Below, in pieces: positions 29,448 through 40,128 of a DNA stretch of 64,000 bases. The notes below the pieces were generated by a model that saw only the letters and a list, made by a program, of their open reading frames with translations, ran no database searches and had not been told where the DNA came from. The position numbers and the translations under genes are program-made. Every line of letters begins with the position of its first letter. Positions within the stretch are counted from its first letter, which is position 1. The DNA is from an uncultured Nitrososphaerota archaeon (GTDB taxonomy: Archaea; Thermoproteota; EX4484-205; JAAOZP01). The stretch lies in the NCBI GenBank assembly GCA_964416155.1, contig CAYQCW010000001.1, positions 128,001-192,000 on the forward strand. Direction: 5' to 3'.

Positions 29448-30206
29448 ATGATAAAGATCGGTTGCGCAGCCTACTCTTACAGGGATTTTCTTAAGGACGG
29501 AAGGATGAGCTATGAGGATTTCATTGAGGAGGCTCATAGCATTGGGCTGGACGGTGTGGAGATGACGCTCTACTGGCTTCCTTCAAGAGAACCACAATAC
29601 TTCAGGAATTTAAAGAGGACTGCACTTTCACGAGGACTATCAATCTCCTGCGCCGGAATTTCGACGAACTTCTGTAACCCGGATCCTCTGGAAAGGGAGC
29701 GGATGATAAAGTCTGTTGAGGAAGGAGCGAGTATTGCCCGTGAGCTGGGTGCTCCTGCTCTACGGGTTTTCGGCGGCTACGTGCCAGAGGGGTATTCTGA
29801 GGAACAGGCAATATTGTGGACGATAGAAGCTTTGGAGAGATGCGTAAAATATGCTGAGGAAAACGGTGTTGTAATAGCCTTGGAGAATCACGGAGGGATA
29901 ACGGCTAGGGCGGACAGCGTGGTAAGGATAGTGGAGAGCGTGGGTTCTCCATGGTTAAGGGTTAACCTGGATCTTGGCAACTACAGGGAGTCTACGTATG
30001 AAGACATTGCGAAGACAGTCCCATACACAGTACACATTCATGGTAAGGTAAGTGTCTCTGAAAACATTAAGGTTGACTACGAGAAAGTTAAGAGGATCCT
30101 GGAGGATAAGGGTTATAACGGGTTTATCTCAATCGAGTATGAGGAGAAGGAGGATCCTAAAATAGGAGTCCGTGCGTTTGCGAGATACCTTTTAAGGTTG
30201 TTCTAG
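29448..30206 (+). CDS. Sugar phosphate isomerase/epimerase (xylose isomerase-like TIM barrel)
   Basis: GLDGVE, RVFGG, LENHGG, NLDLGN, HIHGK, SIEYE. Confidence 0.88.
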   Translation: MIKIGCAAYSYRDFLKDGRMSYEDFIEEAHSIGLDGVEMTLYWLPSREPQYFRNLKRTALSRGLSISCAGISTNFCNPDPLERERMIKSVEEGASIARELGAPALRVFGGYVPEGYSEEQAILWTIEALERCVKYAEENGVVIALENHGGITARADSVVRIVESVGSPWLRVNLDLGNYRESTYEDIAKTVPYTVHIHGKVSVSENIKVDYEKVKRILEDKGYNGFISIEYEEKEDPKIGVRAFARYLLRLF

Positions 30207-30229
30207 AACCGTTGGGAGGGGAGGCTTAA

Positions 30230-31276
30230 ATGAGCGGCAGGGTGAACGTCGGGATCTCTGGACTCGGGAGAAGCGGGTGGGATATTCATGCCAATGCGCT
30301 TGAGAAATGCTCAAGCATGTACAACGTGGTTGCAGTCTTCGACCCGCTTGAGGAGAGAAGAAAAGAAGCTGTGAACAGGTTCGGTTGCAGAGCATACCCC
30401 AATTTTAACTCGCTCATAAGAGACGATGAAGCTGAACTAGTAGTTGTGGCTACGCCGAGCCACCTTCATGCCCCTCAAACTATAGAGGCGTTGAAATCTG
30501 GGAAAAACGTTGTGTGCGAGAAGCCGATGGCCACGAGCCTAACTGAAGCAGACGAGATGATAAGGACTGCAAAAGAGTCTGGAAGGATCTTAACGGTTTT
30601 CCAAAACAAGAGGTACAGCCCAGACTTCTTAAAGGTTAAGGAGATAGTTGGATCCGGAAAGCTCGGGCACATAGTCCTCGTTAAAATATGTCTGCATTCC
30701 TTCGGTAGACGCTGGGATTGGCAGACGCTGAAAAAGTTTGGAGGAGGAGAACTTAACAATAATGCTTCCCATCTTATAGATCAGGCTGTTCAACTCGTTG
30801 GGGAGAAGCTCGAATTACTGTTCTGCGACCTGCAGAGGACTCTGACTCTCGGTGATGCTGAGGACCATGTTAAGATACTTCTTAGAGAGCCGGGTTCAGC
30901 AAAGGTGGACATAGAGGTTACTCGCGCATGCGCCTACCCTCAGAATTATTGGCTGATAATGGGGACTCGGGGAGGTCTTGCTGGAGGCGGAAACTCGATA
31001 AGGTGGAAGTATTTTGACCCTAGGGATCTTCCTCCTAGACAGGTTGAAATAAGGCCGACCCCAGACCGCAGCTACAATTGGGAGGAGATCCCGTGGAAGG
31101 AGGAAGAGTGGGTTGACGATGGTGCTAAGCATAGCGAAATCTTGTTTTACGAGGAACTCTATAAGACTCTACGCGAGGGAGCCCCCCTAAGCGTTACGCC
31201 TGAAAGCGTGAGGAAAGTAATGTCAATAATGGAAAAATGCCGAGAATATTGTGAAGGACGGGCAGCCCTAAAGTAA
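30230..31276 (+). CDS. Gfo/Idh/MocA family oxidoreductase
   Basis: GLGRSG, ATPSHLH, CEKPMA, FQNKR, GGGELNNNASHLIDQ. Confidence 0.92.
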   Translation: MSGRVNVGISGLGRSGWDIHANALEKCSSMYNVVAVFDPLEERRKEAVNRFGCRAYPNFNSLIRDDEAELVVVATPSHLHAPQTIEALKSGKNVVCEKPMATSLTEADEMIRTAKESGRILTVFQNKRYSPDFLKVKEIVGSGKLGHIVLVKICLHSFGRRWDWQTLKKFGGGELNNNASHLIDQAVQLVGEKLELLFCDLQRTLTLGDAEDHVKILLREPGSAKVDIEVTRACAYPQNYWLIMGTRGGLAGGGNSIRWKYFDPRDLPPRQVEIRPTPDRSYNWEEIPWKEEEWVDDGAKHSEILFYEELYKTLREGAPLSVTPESVRKVMSIMEKCREYCEGRAALK

Positions 31277-31278
31277 TC

Positions 31279-31306
31279 CATGATGAGAAGACCATTTTTT
31301 ATCATG
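31279..31306 (+). terminator. Hairpin directly after the dehydrogenase stop codon
   Basis: CATGATGAGAAG-ACCA-TTTTTTATCATG pairs with G.U wobbles and contains a T6 run. Confidence 0.3.
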
Positions 31307-31362
31307 AACTTGCTCTTAAGCTGGAAAAGCTTAAAGTAAACGCCTAGAGAGTTAAGAGGGAA

Positions 31363-34300
31363 TTGGAGTCGACTGGAGAAGACTTGACGACAATCGGCTT
31401 GCCTAAGCTTGGTTACGAAGGAGGAAAACCCGGTTTAAAGGCTGGAAAGCTGCGTTGCGAGTACAGAGTCAACCCTCTTGCAATAGATGTTTTAAAACCT
31501 AGGTTAAGCTGGATCTTTGAGTCATCTGAAAGAGGACAGTTTCAGACAGCCTATCAGATTATTGTTTCAAGCACGAGGGCAAACTTGGAGAAAGACGTTG
31601 GTGACCTGTGGGACAGCGGGAAAATCCAGTCTGAAGAGACCAGCCAAATCCCGTACGCTGGGAAAACGCTTTCATCCAGAATGGAGTGCTGGTGGAAAGT
31701 ACGGGTTTGGGATAAGCAGGGAAGACCGTCTGGGTGGAGCGAGCCCGCGTACTGGACAATGGGTCTGCTTGAGCCGAACGATTGGAAGGCAAGATGGATC
31801 GGGTATGACGAATATGCTGAATGGGAGGAGCCGAATTTCAAAGGGTGCAAGTGGATATGGTTTAAAGAGGGTGAACCCGCTAAAGAGGCTCCCGTAGCAG
31901 ACCGTTATTTCCGCCGGACAATAAGCCTGCCAGCAGACCGGAAAATACTGAGAGGAATATTCCTGATTACTGCTGACGATCAGTTTGCACTTTTTGTAAA
32001 CGGGAAGGAAGCCGGCATGAGCGATGGTAAGCCCTATGCTTGGCAGCGTCCGCAGACGGTTGAAATCACGGGCCTGCTGCATGCTGGTCTGAATGTTTTC
32101 GCGATCAAGGCGACTAACACCGGCGGTCATGCAGGCGTGCTCGGGAAGATAATAGTTGAGTTTGAAAACGGTGTGCCATTCATTCTAGTTACTGACGGAA
32201 CTTGGAAATCCTCCATGCATTCCGAAGAGGGATGGGAGAATCCTGATTATAATGATGCCGGATGGATTGGTGCGCTCGAGCTGGGTGACTTTAGAACCGC
32301 ACCGTGGGGAGTTTTACCAACGAGACCCCCGTATGTTCGGCCACCACCATTTTTTAGGAAAGGATTCACTGTTAGGAAAAAGGTTAGGCAGGCTTTTATT
32401 TACGTTAGCGCTCTAGGGAGCTGTGAGCTACGCTTAAACGGTAAGCGCGTCACCGAGGATTATTTCATACCAGGATGGCCTGACTACCGGAGACGCGCGT
32501 ACTACCGTACTTACGAGGCTACGGGTCTTCTTAATCCGGGAGAGAACGCGATAGGGGTGATTCTGAACGGCGAATGGTACTCTGGGTATCAAGGAGGATG
32601 GGGTAGGATGAACAAGTTTGGACGCGGCCCTCGCCTACTCGTGCAGCTGGAGATAGAGTACGATGATGGTGAGCGCCAGCTTGTCGTCAGCGATGAAAAT
32701 TGGAAGGCAACATACGGGCCGATTCTAGAAGCCGATAACTACATGGGTGAAACCTATGATGCTAGGCGCGAGACCCACGGATGGGATGAGCCTTGGTTTA
32801 AAGACGATGATTGGGGGAACGTTTCTGTGGATTATTTAAGCTTACAGCTGACGGCCCATCCTGGTGAACCCGTTAGGAAAACGATGGAGCTGCCAGCCCA
32901 GTCGGCGAGAGAGATCAGCCCCGGGGTCTTCATATTCGATTTCGGTCAGAACATGGTTGGCGTCGTTAGGCTACGAGTTAGAAACGCGGAGCCAGGCATG
33001 AGGATCATGCTGCGTTTCGCCGAAGTCCTTAATACTGACGGCACTATACACACTGCAAACCTTAGGGGGGCCAGAGCCGCGGACACCTATATTTGCAAAG
33101 GCGGCGGCGAGGAGCTTTTTGAGCCGCGTTTCACATACCATGGATTCAGGTATGTCGAGGTCACAGGCTACCCGGGTAAACCACTTATGGATGCTGTGAC
33201 AGGCATCGTTATTCACACGGATATTCCGATAGCCGGAAGCTTCAGATGCTCAAACCCGCTTTTAAACAGGCTTGTGCAAAACATTCTTTGGAGCCTGCGA
33301 GGCAACTATTTCGAGGTGCCGACGGATTGCCCGCAGCGCGACGAGCGGCAGGGCTGGACAGGGGACGCGCAGATCTTTGCAAGAACCGCAGCCTACCTTG
33401 CCGATATCTCAGCCTTCATGACTAAATGGTTGATCGACCTGAACGACAGTCAGAGAGAAGACGGAGCCTATCCTGATGTTGCACCCGCGACCGGAGCAGG
33501 TTTTGGAACACCCTGCTGGGGGGATGCGGGAATCATCATACCCTACGTGCTTTGGCGGACTTACGGCGATACACGGGTAATCCGGCTTCACTACGAGAAG
33601 ATGAGGCGCTACATCAATTATCTTTTAGAGAACAGCAAAGGTTTCCTTCGGCCGGAAATAGGGTATGGCGACTGGGTTCCAGCGGGTTCTGAAACACCTA
33701 GGGACGTGCTTGCAACAGCCTATTTCGCATACGTTGTTAAGCTTATGGCTGAAATGGCCCGGGAAATGGGGAAAACGGATGATGCGAAACTCTTTGAAGC
33801 AAAATTCTTTGGAGAATTGTTCAACAATGTTCGCTCAGCATTTCTTAAAGAGTACGTTCAACCAGATGGGAGGGTAAAAGGTGAAACGCAGACATGTTAC
33901 GCCCTAGCACTTGATTTAAGACTGCTTCCCGAGGAGATGGAGAAAACAGTGTTAGAACGCTTGGTCAAGGATATTGAGGATCGCGGATGGCATCTCACCA
34001 CAGGATTCATAGGGACGCTGCACCTCATGCGGGCACTCGCCAAGGCCGGTAGGACTGACGTGGCTTACAGGCTTCTCCTGCAGGAAACCTATCCATCGTG
34101 GCTCTACCCGGTGAAACTTGGAGCTACAACCATTTGGGAACGGTGGAACAGTATGACTGAAGAAGGCATACATGAACCTGGGATGAACTCCTTCAACCAT
34201 TACGCTTTCGGAAGCGTGGGCGAATGGCTTTTCTCAACCGTTGCAGGAATAGATGCTGAAGACATAGGTTTTAAACGCATTATTATCAAGCCGAAGCCTT

Positions 34301-34587
34301 TAAGAGAACTGGGATGCGTTCACGCGAGCCACGAGTCGATTCGTGGGAAAGTCTCAGTAGACTGGTGGTTCTCCGGCGAAACTTTCAACTTGCAGCTCAT
34401 TATCCCAGCGAATACTTCAGCATTAGTATATGTTCCAACAACTGAACTGGGGAGGGTGATGGAGAGTGGGAAGCCTGCTGAAAAATCTGAATGCGTCGAG
34501 CTGATCGGTATGAGAGAGGGCTGCGTCGTATACAGAGTCCTGTCCGGAAGCTACAGTTTCACAGTGGCACAAGGATGCTTACACTAG
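31363..34587 (+). CDS. Alpha-L-rhamnosidase, glycoside hydrolase family 78
   Basis: DLWDSGK, DFGQN, FTYHGFRY, PTDCPQRDERQGWTGD, GATTIWERW, MNSFNHYAFG; no signal peptide. Confidence 0.95.
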   Translation: MESTGEDLTTIGLPKLGYEGGKPGLKAGKLRCEYRVNPLAIDVLKPRLSWIFESSERGQFQTAYQIIVSSTRANLEKDVGDLWDSGKIQSEETSQIPYAGKTLSSRMECWWKVRVWDKQGRPSGWSEPAYWTMGLLEPNDWKARWIGYDEYAEWEEPNFKGCKWIWFKEGEPAKEAPVADRYFRRTISLPADRKILRGIFLITADDQFALFVNGKEAGMSDGKPYAWQRPQTVEITGLLHAGLNVFAIKATNTGGHAGVLGKIIVEFENGVPFILVTDGTWKSSMHSEEGWENPDYNDAGWIGALELGDFRTAPWGVLPTRPPYVRPPPFFRKGFTVRKKVRQAFIYVSALGSCELRLNGKRVTEDYFIPGWPDYRRRAYYRTYEATGLLNPGENAIGVILNGEWYSGYQGGWGRMNKFGRGPRLLVQLEIEYDDGERQLVVSDENWKATYGPILEADNYMGETYDARRETHGWDEPWFKDDDWGNVSVDYLSLQLTAHPGEPVRKTMELPAQSAREISPGVFIFDFGQNMVGVVRLRVRNAEPGMRIMLRFAEVLNTDGTIHTANLRGARAADTYICKGGGEELFEPRFTYHGFRYVEVTGYPGKPLMDAVTGIVIHTDIPIAGSFRCSNPLLNRLVQNILWSLRGNYFEVPTDCPQRDERQGWTGDAQIFARTAAYLADISAFMTKWLIDLNDSQREDGAYPDVAPATGAGFGTPCWGDAGIIIPYVLWRTYGDTRVIRLHYEKMRRYINYLLENSKGFLRPEIGYGDWVPAGSETPRDVLATAYFAYVVKLMAEMAREMGKTDDAKLFEAKFFGELFNNVRSAFLKEYVQPDGRVKGETQTCYALALDLRLLPEEMEKTVLERLVKDIEDRGWHLTTGFIGTLHLMRALAKAGRTDVAYRLLLQETYPSWLYPVKLGATTIWERWNSMTEEGIHEPGMNSFNHYAFGSVGEWLFSTVAGIDAEDIGFKRIIIKPKPLRELGCVHASHESIRGKVSVDWWFSGETFNLQLIIPANTSALVYVPTTELGRVMESGKPAEKSECVELIGMREGCVVYRVLSGSYSFTVAQGCLH

Positions 34588-34632
34588 TGTTATCACTATT
34601 CTCTTAAACCTTCGAAAATAGTTCAGCAACCC

Positions 34633-35383
34633 CTAGCATGCTAAAACTCTCTTACCTGCTTGAGTTTCGGCAGCAGCCATCCTCATAAAGCCCAAGTCGC
34701 TGCCCACGTTTAACAGTCTAAATCCCAGCTCTATGTGTTTCTCAGCGTCCTTAGGATTGGACGCTATCCCCGGGCATACGTCTGTCCCCTTGTGCATTTT
34801 GGCCACGTGCCTTATTGCCTCAACGACCCTCGGCTCATCAGGGTAGCCTAGGCAGCCTAGGGAAGCAGACAAGTCTGCAGGGCCCACCATCGTGCCATCC
34901 ACACCCGGAACAGAAAGGATTTCAAGTTTCTCAACGCATCAACAGTTTCTATTTGAACAACGACCACGATACTCTCATTAGCTCCCTAACGTACTCGGTG
35001 AAACCCCCATGCCATAATGGCCTCCTTGGGCCGCAACCCCTAATCCCATCAGGAGGATACTTGCAGGCCATAACCGCTTTCATAGCCTCATCCCTACTGT
35101 TAACCCAGGGAACAATAACACCCGTAGGCCCTAGGTCGAGAGCCCTCTTTATATAAACAGGATCGTTCCAAGGAACCCTGACCAGGGTTGCTGCTTCAGA
35201 CTTTCCAATGGCTTGAAGAATCGTTTGAACATCCTTGAAATCAAGCGGGCAATGCTCCATGTCTATCCAGAACCAGCCTAACCCCCAAGGTGCCCATGAG
35301 CTCAGCGACATCTGGCTCCGGAGTCTCTATTTTGTACCTATTAATACCTCTCCATTCCTCATCCTTTCCTTAAAGCTGCTCAT
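34633..35383 (-). pseudogene. HpcH/HpaI (2-keto-3-deoxy-sugar acid) aldolase, about four frameshifts
   Basis: MSSFKERMRNGEVLIGT / IETPEPDVAELMGTLG / WFWIDMEH..RVP..KRALDLG..YPPDGIRG / VVQIETVDAL / VPGVDGTMVGPADLS in alternating frames. Confidence 0.85.
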
Positions 35384-35454
35384 GCTTTCTCGCGGACAAC
35401 CCGGCTTGGAGCCCTAAAAGCTTTTTATCCCTATATCACAAATACAGGAAACCC

Positions 35455-36603
35455 GTGGAATCGACAACGCCTCGAGAAAGGTTTCTCCAAGTAGCCTTGT
35501 TTAAAAACCCTGATAAGATACCGTTGTGGGGTGTAGGAAGCGTTAGGCCAGCCGCGTTGAGAAAATGGATTCAGCAGGGTCTTCCGGAAAACACGTCGGT
35601 AGCTGAATACCTTGGCGTCAAGGGCTGCGAGGTTGAAGCCGTCAACATATCATCCTACCCGAGTGAAGGATTCGAGTGGAAGCCAGACCCAGGCTTAATC
35701 GACCTTGGGCCTAGGCCAGCGTTCGAATACCGGGTGGTAAGGGAGGACGAGAGACACAGGGTTTGGGTTGACAGCCTAGGGATAACGCAGACAGGGTTTC
35801 AGGATGATTGGAAAAACGGGTGGAGCGGCTTCGCTACTAGAAGCTGGGTTGACTTCCCGGTTAAGACCCGCGAAGACTTCTTAAAGATTAAGAAGCGTTA
35901 CGACCCCACCGCTGAGAGATACCCTAGGAACTGGGATTCCCAGGTTAAAAAACACCGGGAGAGAAACTATCCGCTATACGTATCCATCAGGGGACCATTC
36001 TGGTGGGCTAGGGACATGGTTGGCTTAAAGGGTATTGCACTCGGAATCTATAGGAACCCGGGGCTTATAAAGGAAATAATGGATTTCTGCGCAGAGTTTC
36101 AAACTCGAGTCCTGCATAGGGCTCTAGAGGATTTAGACTTCGTGATCTTAAATGAGGACATGGCTTACAAGAATGGGCCGATGATAGGGCCTGAAACCGT
36201 TAAAGAGTTCATGAGCACAGCATACTGCGAGATAGCCAAGTTCTTCCGAGAGCATGGCGTGAAGATTCTAATCGTGGATAGTGACGGAAACGTGGAACAG
36301 CTGATATCTATTTGGCTTAAGCTTGGTTTTAACGGTATAATACCGTGTGAAGTGGCAGCAGGTATGGATGTGGTTAAACTCGGAGAGAATCACCCTAGCT
36401 TGATAATGATAGGCGGGATAGATAAGAGGGTGCTTGCCAAGGATAAGGATTCAGTGAAAAAGGAGGTTGAGCGGAAGATTCCCCCGCTTGTAAGGAGGAA
36501 AGGATATTTCCCGAGCGTCGACCATGCTGTACCTGTTGACGTGCCTCTTGAAAACTACAAGTATTTTACTGCACTTTTAAAGAAACATTGTGGATGGGAA
36601 TGA
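35455..36603 (+). CDS. Uroporphyrinogen decarboxylase / MtaA-CmuA superfamily protein
   Basis: TPRERF, GPFWWARDMVG, EDMAYKNGPMIGP, DSDGN, GGIDKR, DHAVP. Confidence 0.8.
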   Translation: MESTTPRERFLQVALFKNPDKIPLWGVGSVRPAALRKWIQQGLPENTSVAEYLGVKGCEVEAVNISSYPSEGFEWKPDPGLIDLGPRPAFEYRVVREDERHRVWVDSLGITQTGFQDDWKNGWSGFATRSWVDFPVKTREDFLKIKKRYDPTAERYPRNWDSQVKKHRERNYPLYVSIRGPFWWARDMVGLKGIALGIYRNPGLIKEIMDFCAEFQTRVLHRALEDLDFVILNEDMAYKNGPMIGPETVKEFMSTAYCEIAKFFREHGVKILIVDSDGNVEQLISIWLKLGFNGIIPCEVAAGMDVVKLGENHPSLIMIGGIDKRVLAKDKDSVKKEVERKIPPLVRRKGYFPSVDHAVPVDVPLENYKYFTALLKKHCGWE

Positions 36604-36612
36604 TTAATACTT

Positions 36613-37971
36613 TTAAAGGTAGGCGCCCTGTTGAATTAATGTTTCCCTAAGCTCTTTTCCATCGAGTTGCCTTGGCCTTACACCCTTTTTAACGCATAGG
36701 GCGGCAGCAACGCCCGCAGCCTGCCCTATTGCCCTCATGTTAGGCTGGATCCTAACCGCACCGTGGGCTTCGAAGGACGCTGACAGAGCCCTGCATGCAA
36801 CAATCAGGTTTTCAACCCTCAATGGTATCAGTGATCTGAAAGGTATTTCATGGTACTCGTCAGGGCCTAGTTTTCTCTCCCCTGGCAGACGGCCGGTTGG
36901 CAGATGTATGTCAATCGGATACCTGTTTCTCGAAACAGCGTCTTCAAACTTCTTGGCGTTAAAATAGTCCTGCGCGGAAAGAACATACTCGCCGATTATT
37001 CTTCGAGACTCCCTTACGCCGACCATCGGAGCAGTCATGGCCAAGTAGGAGTTTTCGAAACCAGGTATTTTCTTCTTTAAGAACTTGAAAAGCCTGATTA
37101 TTCTCCTCCTACCCTGTATCACCGCCTCTGTGAGATGTTCCGCGTTAAACCCCTTTAAATTACCTAATATTCTTGGACAGTTGAACGCGATAACTCCCGG
37201 CATCCCAGGCACGCTGAACGCTTGAAAATAAGCTATGTCCGAATCCTCCAAAATGCCTTCTTCAACACCCTCTATGAAGTATTTTTCAAGCGGCCATCCT
37301 CCACCCGGGACCATTGCGAACTCTATTAGCGGGGGGTCGACATAGCTCCTGCTGTCTTTTTCAACCAGGAAAACGGCAAGTTTATCGATGTTGACGTTTC
37401 CCACCATGAATCTTAACGACATCGGTTGGCTAACCCCGTCCTCTTTTCTCCCAGATTCGAAAGGAGCCCCTGCTAGCGCAGCAACATCCCCGTCGCCAGT
37501 TGAGTCTATAACAATTTTCGAAAAAACAGCCTGTCTCCCAGACTTGTTCGCCACCACTATTCCCCTGATTTCATCACCCTCCATTATAACGTCCTCTACA
37601 AGCGTGAAATAGAGAACCCTTCCACCAGCCTCTAGAACCATTTCCTCCAACACGAATTTTAAGGCCTCCGGATTAAACCAACCCTCATTACCATTTTTAT
37701 CGATGGCTGCACAACACATTTCCAGAAGACGCTGCTGTATCTCCTGGCTTATCCCTCTGACAAGCGGCTTCCCCACGTGGTTCGGCATCATCGGCACCAC
37801 GAGTGCTGCCGACCCGCTTCCACCTAGAAAACCGAATTGCTCGACTAAAAGGGTTTTCACACCGTTTCTCGCAGCAGCTATTGCAGCCACAGCTCCAGCA
37901 GTACCGCCACCCGCTACGACCACGTCGAAAAACCCATACGGATTAAGCCGTCTAGCCTCCTCCAGTTTCAT
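36613..37971 (-). CDS. FAD-dependent oxidoreductase (FAD_oxidored family)
   Basis: DVVVAGGGTAG..AARNG, IDSTGDGDVA, GVRESRRIIG, IPFRSLIP, GQAAG. Confidence 0.9.
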   Translation of the reverse strand: MKLEEARRLNPYGFFDVVVAGGGTAGAVAAIAAARNGVKTLLVEQFGFLGGSGSAALVVPMMPNHVGKPLVRGISQEIQQRLLEMCCAAIDKNGNEGWFNPEALKFVLEEMVLEAGGRVLYFTLVEDVIMEGDEIRGIVVANKSGRQAVFSKIVIDSTGDGDVAALAGAPFESGRKEDGVSQPMSLRFMVGNVNIDKLAVFLVEKDSRSYVDPPLIEFAMVPGGGWPLEKYFIEGVEEGILEDSDIAYFQAFSVPGMPGVIAFNCPRILGNLKGFNAEHLTEAVIQGRRRIIRLFKFLKKKIPGFENSYLAMTAPMVGVRESRRIIGEYVLSAQDYFNAKKFEDAVSRNRYPIDIHLPTGRLPGERKLGPDEYHEIPFRSLIPLRVENLIVACRALSASFEAHGAVRIQPNMRAIGQAAGVAAALCVKKGVRPRQLDGKELRETLIQQGAYL

Positions 37972-38048
37972 CCGTACCCTTTTAGGCTAAAAGCATATTT
38001 TAATCTAACTCAACCATGGACGATAGACACTTGGAAGGCTGATAGTGT

Positions 38049-39128
38049 TTAGAACCTTGAAAACGCTTCTTTAACCGCATCCTTCAGCTCGGGATGCTGC
38101 AACGGGTATAGGAAGAAGCAAACACCGTTCGAACCTTTTTCTAACGCTACGTTCACGGCTTCCTCCACATCCCTTCTGCTTCTTAAGAATTCAAACTGTA
38201 TTCCGGCAACTATCATCTTGCCGCATGAAACGCCCTCCATGACTGCTTCGCCAATCCATCTTATGTTTTTCCCATAGTACTCATGGTATATCATTGGTTC
38301 GAAACTGTCAAGCGGCCATTCGCACCACTTTTGGAAAACAATCCTGTACGCGTATCCCGGCGTTGCAAAAACAGCGGCTGAAGTCTCAACAGTATTATCA
38401 TACTTTTTCACAGCCTTATGGAAGTTTTTAACTATTTCAGTAACCCTTTCTGCTCTCCATGCATGCCACTCACACCATTTTCTCGACCCGAACCTGATTT
38501 CGAAAGGATCTATGCCAAACTCTTTCTTAAACCCGTTTCTACATTTTTCACAATAGCAGAAGTCGAACTTCTCCCTGTAGACATCTATCTCCCTTTCCAA
38601 CCCGTATCTTTCTCTTAACGCTTCAGGGAGGAAAATATCCGGAAGCCTAATATAGTCTAGATGAACTCCGTCAAAGTCATAAGTCTCCATAAGCTCCTGA
38701 ACCGTTCCGGAGAAGTAGCTCTTAACCTCGTCGTTCGACGGGCAAAGCCATTTGTAGCTTTCAACGTAAGGCGGGTTGTCAACGCAGCTCTTTCCCTCCC
38801 TGCTGACTACAAACCAGTCCTTTCTCTTAGCAGCCAGCTCATCGTTCGGCTTGTTTAAAGCAACCACCCAGGCATGGACCTTCAATCCGCTTCTCTTAGC
38901 TTCCTTTATAATGTCTCCTATCAAGCTTCTTTCAGCAACCCCCTTTGTAACAACCGAAAACTTGGCGGGGTAAAGGGCCCCTTCGCCATCTATGCTTAGC
39001 AGAAAAATTTCATCTGCACCCATCTCCACAATTTCTCTAACGTGTTTCTCAGGGTTTTGGGCAATAGGCCTCGGATTCACCCAGAATGCTTTTTTATAAC
39101 CGCTAGTCATAGTGAGCATCTTAAGCAA
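38049..39128 (-). CDS. GHL10/DUF187 glycosyl hydrolase-like protein
   Basis: GLKVHAW, WLCPS, YDFDGVHLDYIR, CYCEKC, PMIY. Confidence 0.8.
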   Translation of the reverse strand: MLKMLTMTSGYKKAFWVNPRPIAQNPEKHVREIVEMGADEIFLLSIDGEGALYPAKFSVVTKGVAERSLIGDIIKEAKRSGLKVHAWVVALNKPNDELAAKRKDWFVVSREGKSCVDNPPYVESYKWLCPSNDEVKSYFSGTVQELMETYDFDGVHLDYIRLPDIFLPEALRERYGLEREIDVYREKFDFCYCEKCRNGFKKEFGIDPFEIRFGSRKWCEWHAWRAERVTEIVKNFHKAVKKYDNTVETSAAVFATPGYAYRIVFQKWCEWPLDSFEPMIYHEYYGKNIRWIGEAVMEGVSCGKMIVAGIQFEFLRSRRDVEEAVNVALEKGSNGVCFFLYPLQHPELKDAVKEAFSRF

Positions 39129-39272
39129 CGTTTTTATAAGCTTTTATCGGTAGTCGAAAAAGACGTATGTAAACCAGTTTTAAACAATTTAATGGTATTT
39201 CTTGGGGGAAAACCGTGTTTTCTCAGCAACCCATTTTTAAATATGGGGTTTTGTTAGGTTAAGCAAGCAGAA

Positions 39273-39992
39273 TTGGGGAACAAGAAAATATCCATAGTGG
39301 TGCCAACGTTCAACGAGGAAAAATATGTTGAAAAACTGCTCATATCGCTAAGCTGGCAAACAATACCTAGGGCAGACTACGAAATCATCATTGTAGACGG
39401 GGGCAGCAGAGACAGAACCTTAGAAATATGTAGAAAGTATGCTGACAAGACAGTGATGCAGGAGACTCCTACGGTCGGAGGGGCGAGAAACGACGGGGTG
39501 AAAAATGCTGAGGCGGATCTGGTTTTCACAACAGACGCGGACTGCATGGTCACGCCCAACTTGCTTGAGAGAATAATTCACGATTTTAACACTCACCCGG
39601 ATGTCGTTATGGTGTATGGCGTGGTGACCCCGATAGAGAGGAATTTTAAAAACACTTTTCTGATAGAGTTGAACAATGTTTTCGTGAAAACCCTTTACAG
39701 GTTTAAGATATACCTGAGTGTCGGTGCCAACACTTCTTTTAGAAAGAGACACTTCATGGTTATGAAGGGTTTTCCAGCGGTAGGCGCCGGGGACGACTAT
39801 GGGCTTCAATTCAGAATGAGGAAGATTGGGAGAATAATGTTTGACGGAGGGCTTAGAGTTTACTTCTCAATGAGAAGATATGAGAAGTATGGTTTTGGCA
39901 GAAGCTTCTACGAATGGCTTTACAACGTTTTTAGTGAACTTCTCAAAAGAAGGGTTCCGCCTGAAAAAAGATACTATAGAAAACTGTATTAA
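39273..39992 (+). CDS. Glycosyltransferase family 2
   Basis: SIVVPTFNEE, VDGGSRD, ARNDG, TDAD. Confidence 0.92.
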   Translation: MGNKKISIVVPTFNEEKYVEKLLISLSWQTIPRADYEIIIVDGGSRDRTLEICRKYADKTVMQETPTVGGARNDGVKNAEADLVFTTDADCMVTPNLLERIIHDFNTHPDVVMVYGVVTPIERNFKNTFLIELNNVFVKTLYRFKIYLSVGANTSFRKRHFMVMKGFPAVGAGDDYGLQFRMRKIGRIMFDGGLRVYFSMRRYEKYGFGRSFYEWLYNVFSELLKRRVPPEKRYYRKLY

Positions 39993-40128
39993 TTTTTCAT
40001 GAATTCTTATTCTAGAAAAGAGAACGAAAACAGTAAAATAGTAGCGTTAATGTTTGAAAAAGACATTTGGCTTAGACCACTGCATACCTTTAGAAAGCTT
40101 TTTAACCACGCACGTTAAAAACTTCAAC

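Noticed and set aside
31280-31330. ATGATGA resembling a box C of a C/D sRNA
   Set aside because: No downstream CTGA box D at suitable distance; better explained as a hairpin/terminator
33784-33813. 15-nt imperfect tandem duplication in GH78 (AKLFE/AKFFG)
   Set aside because: In-frame micro-duplication with no evident significance
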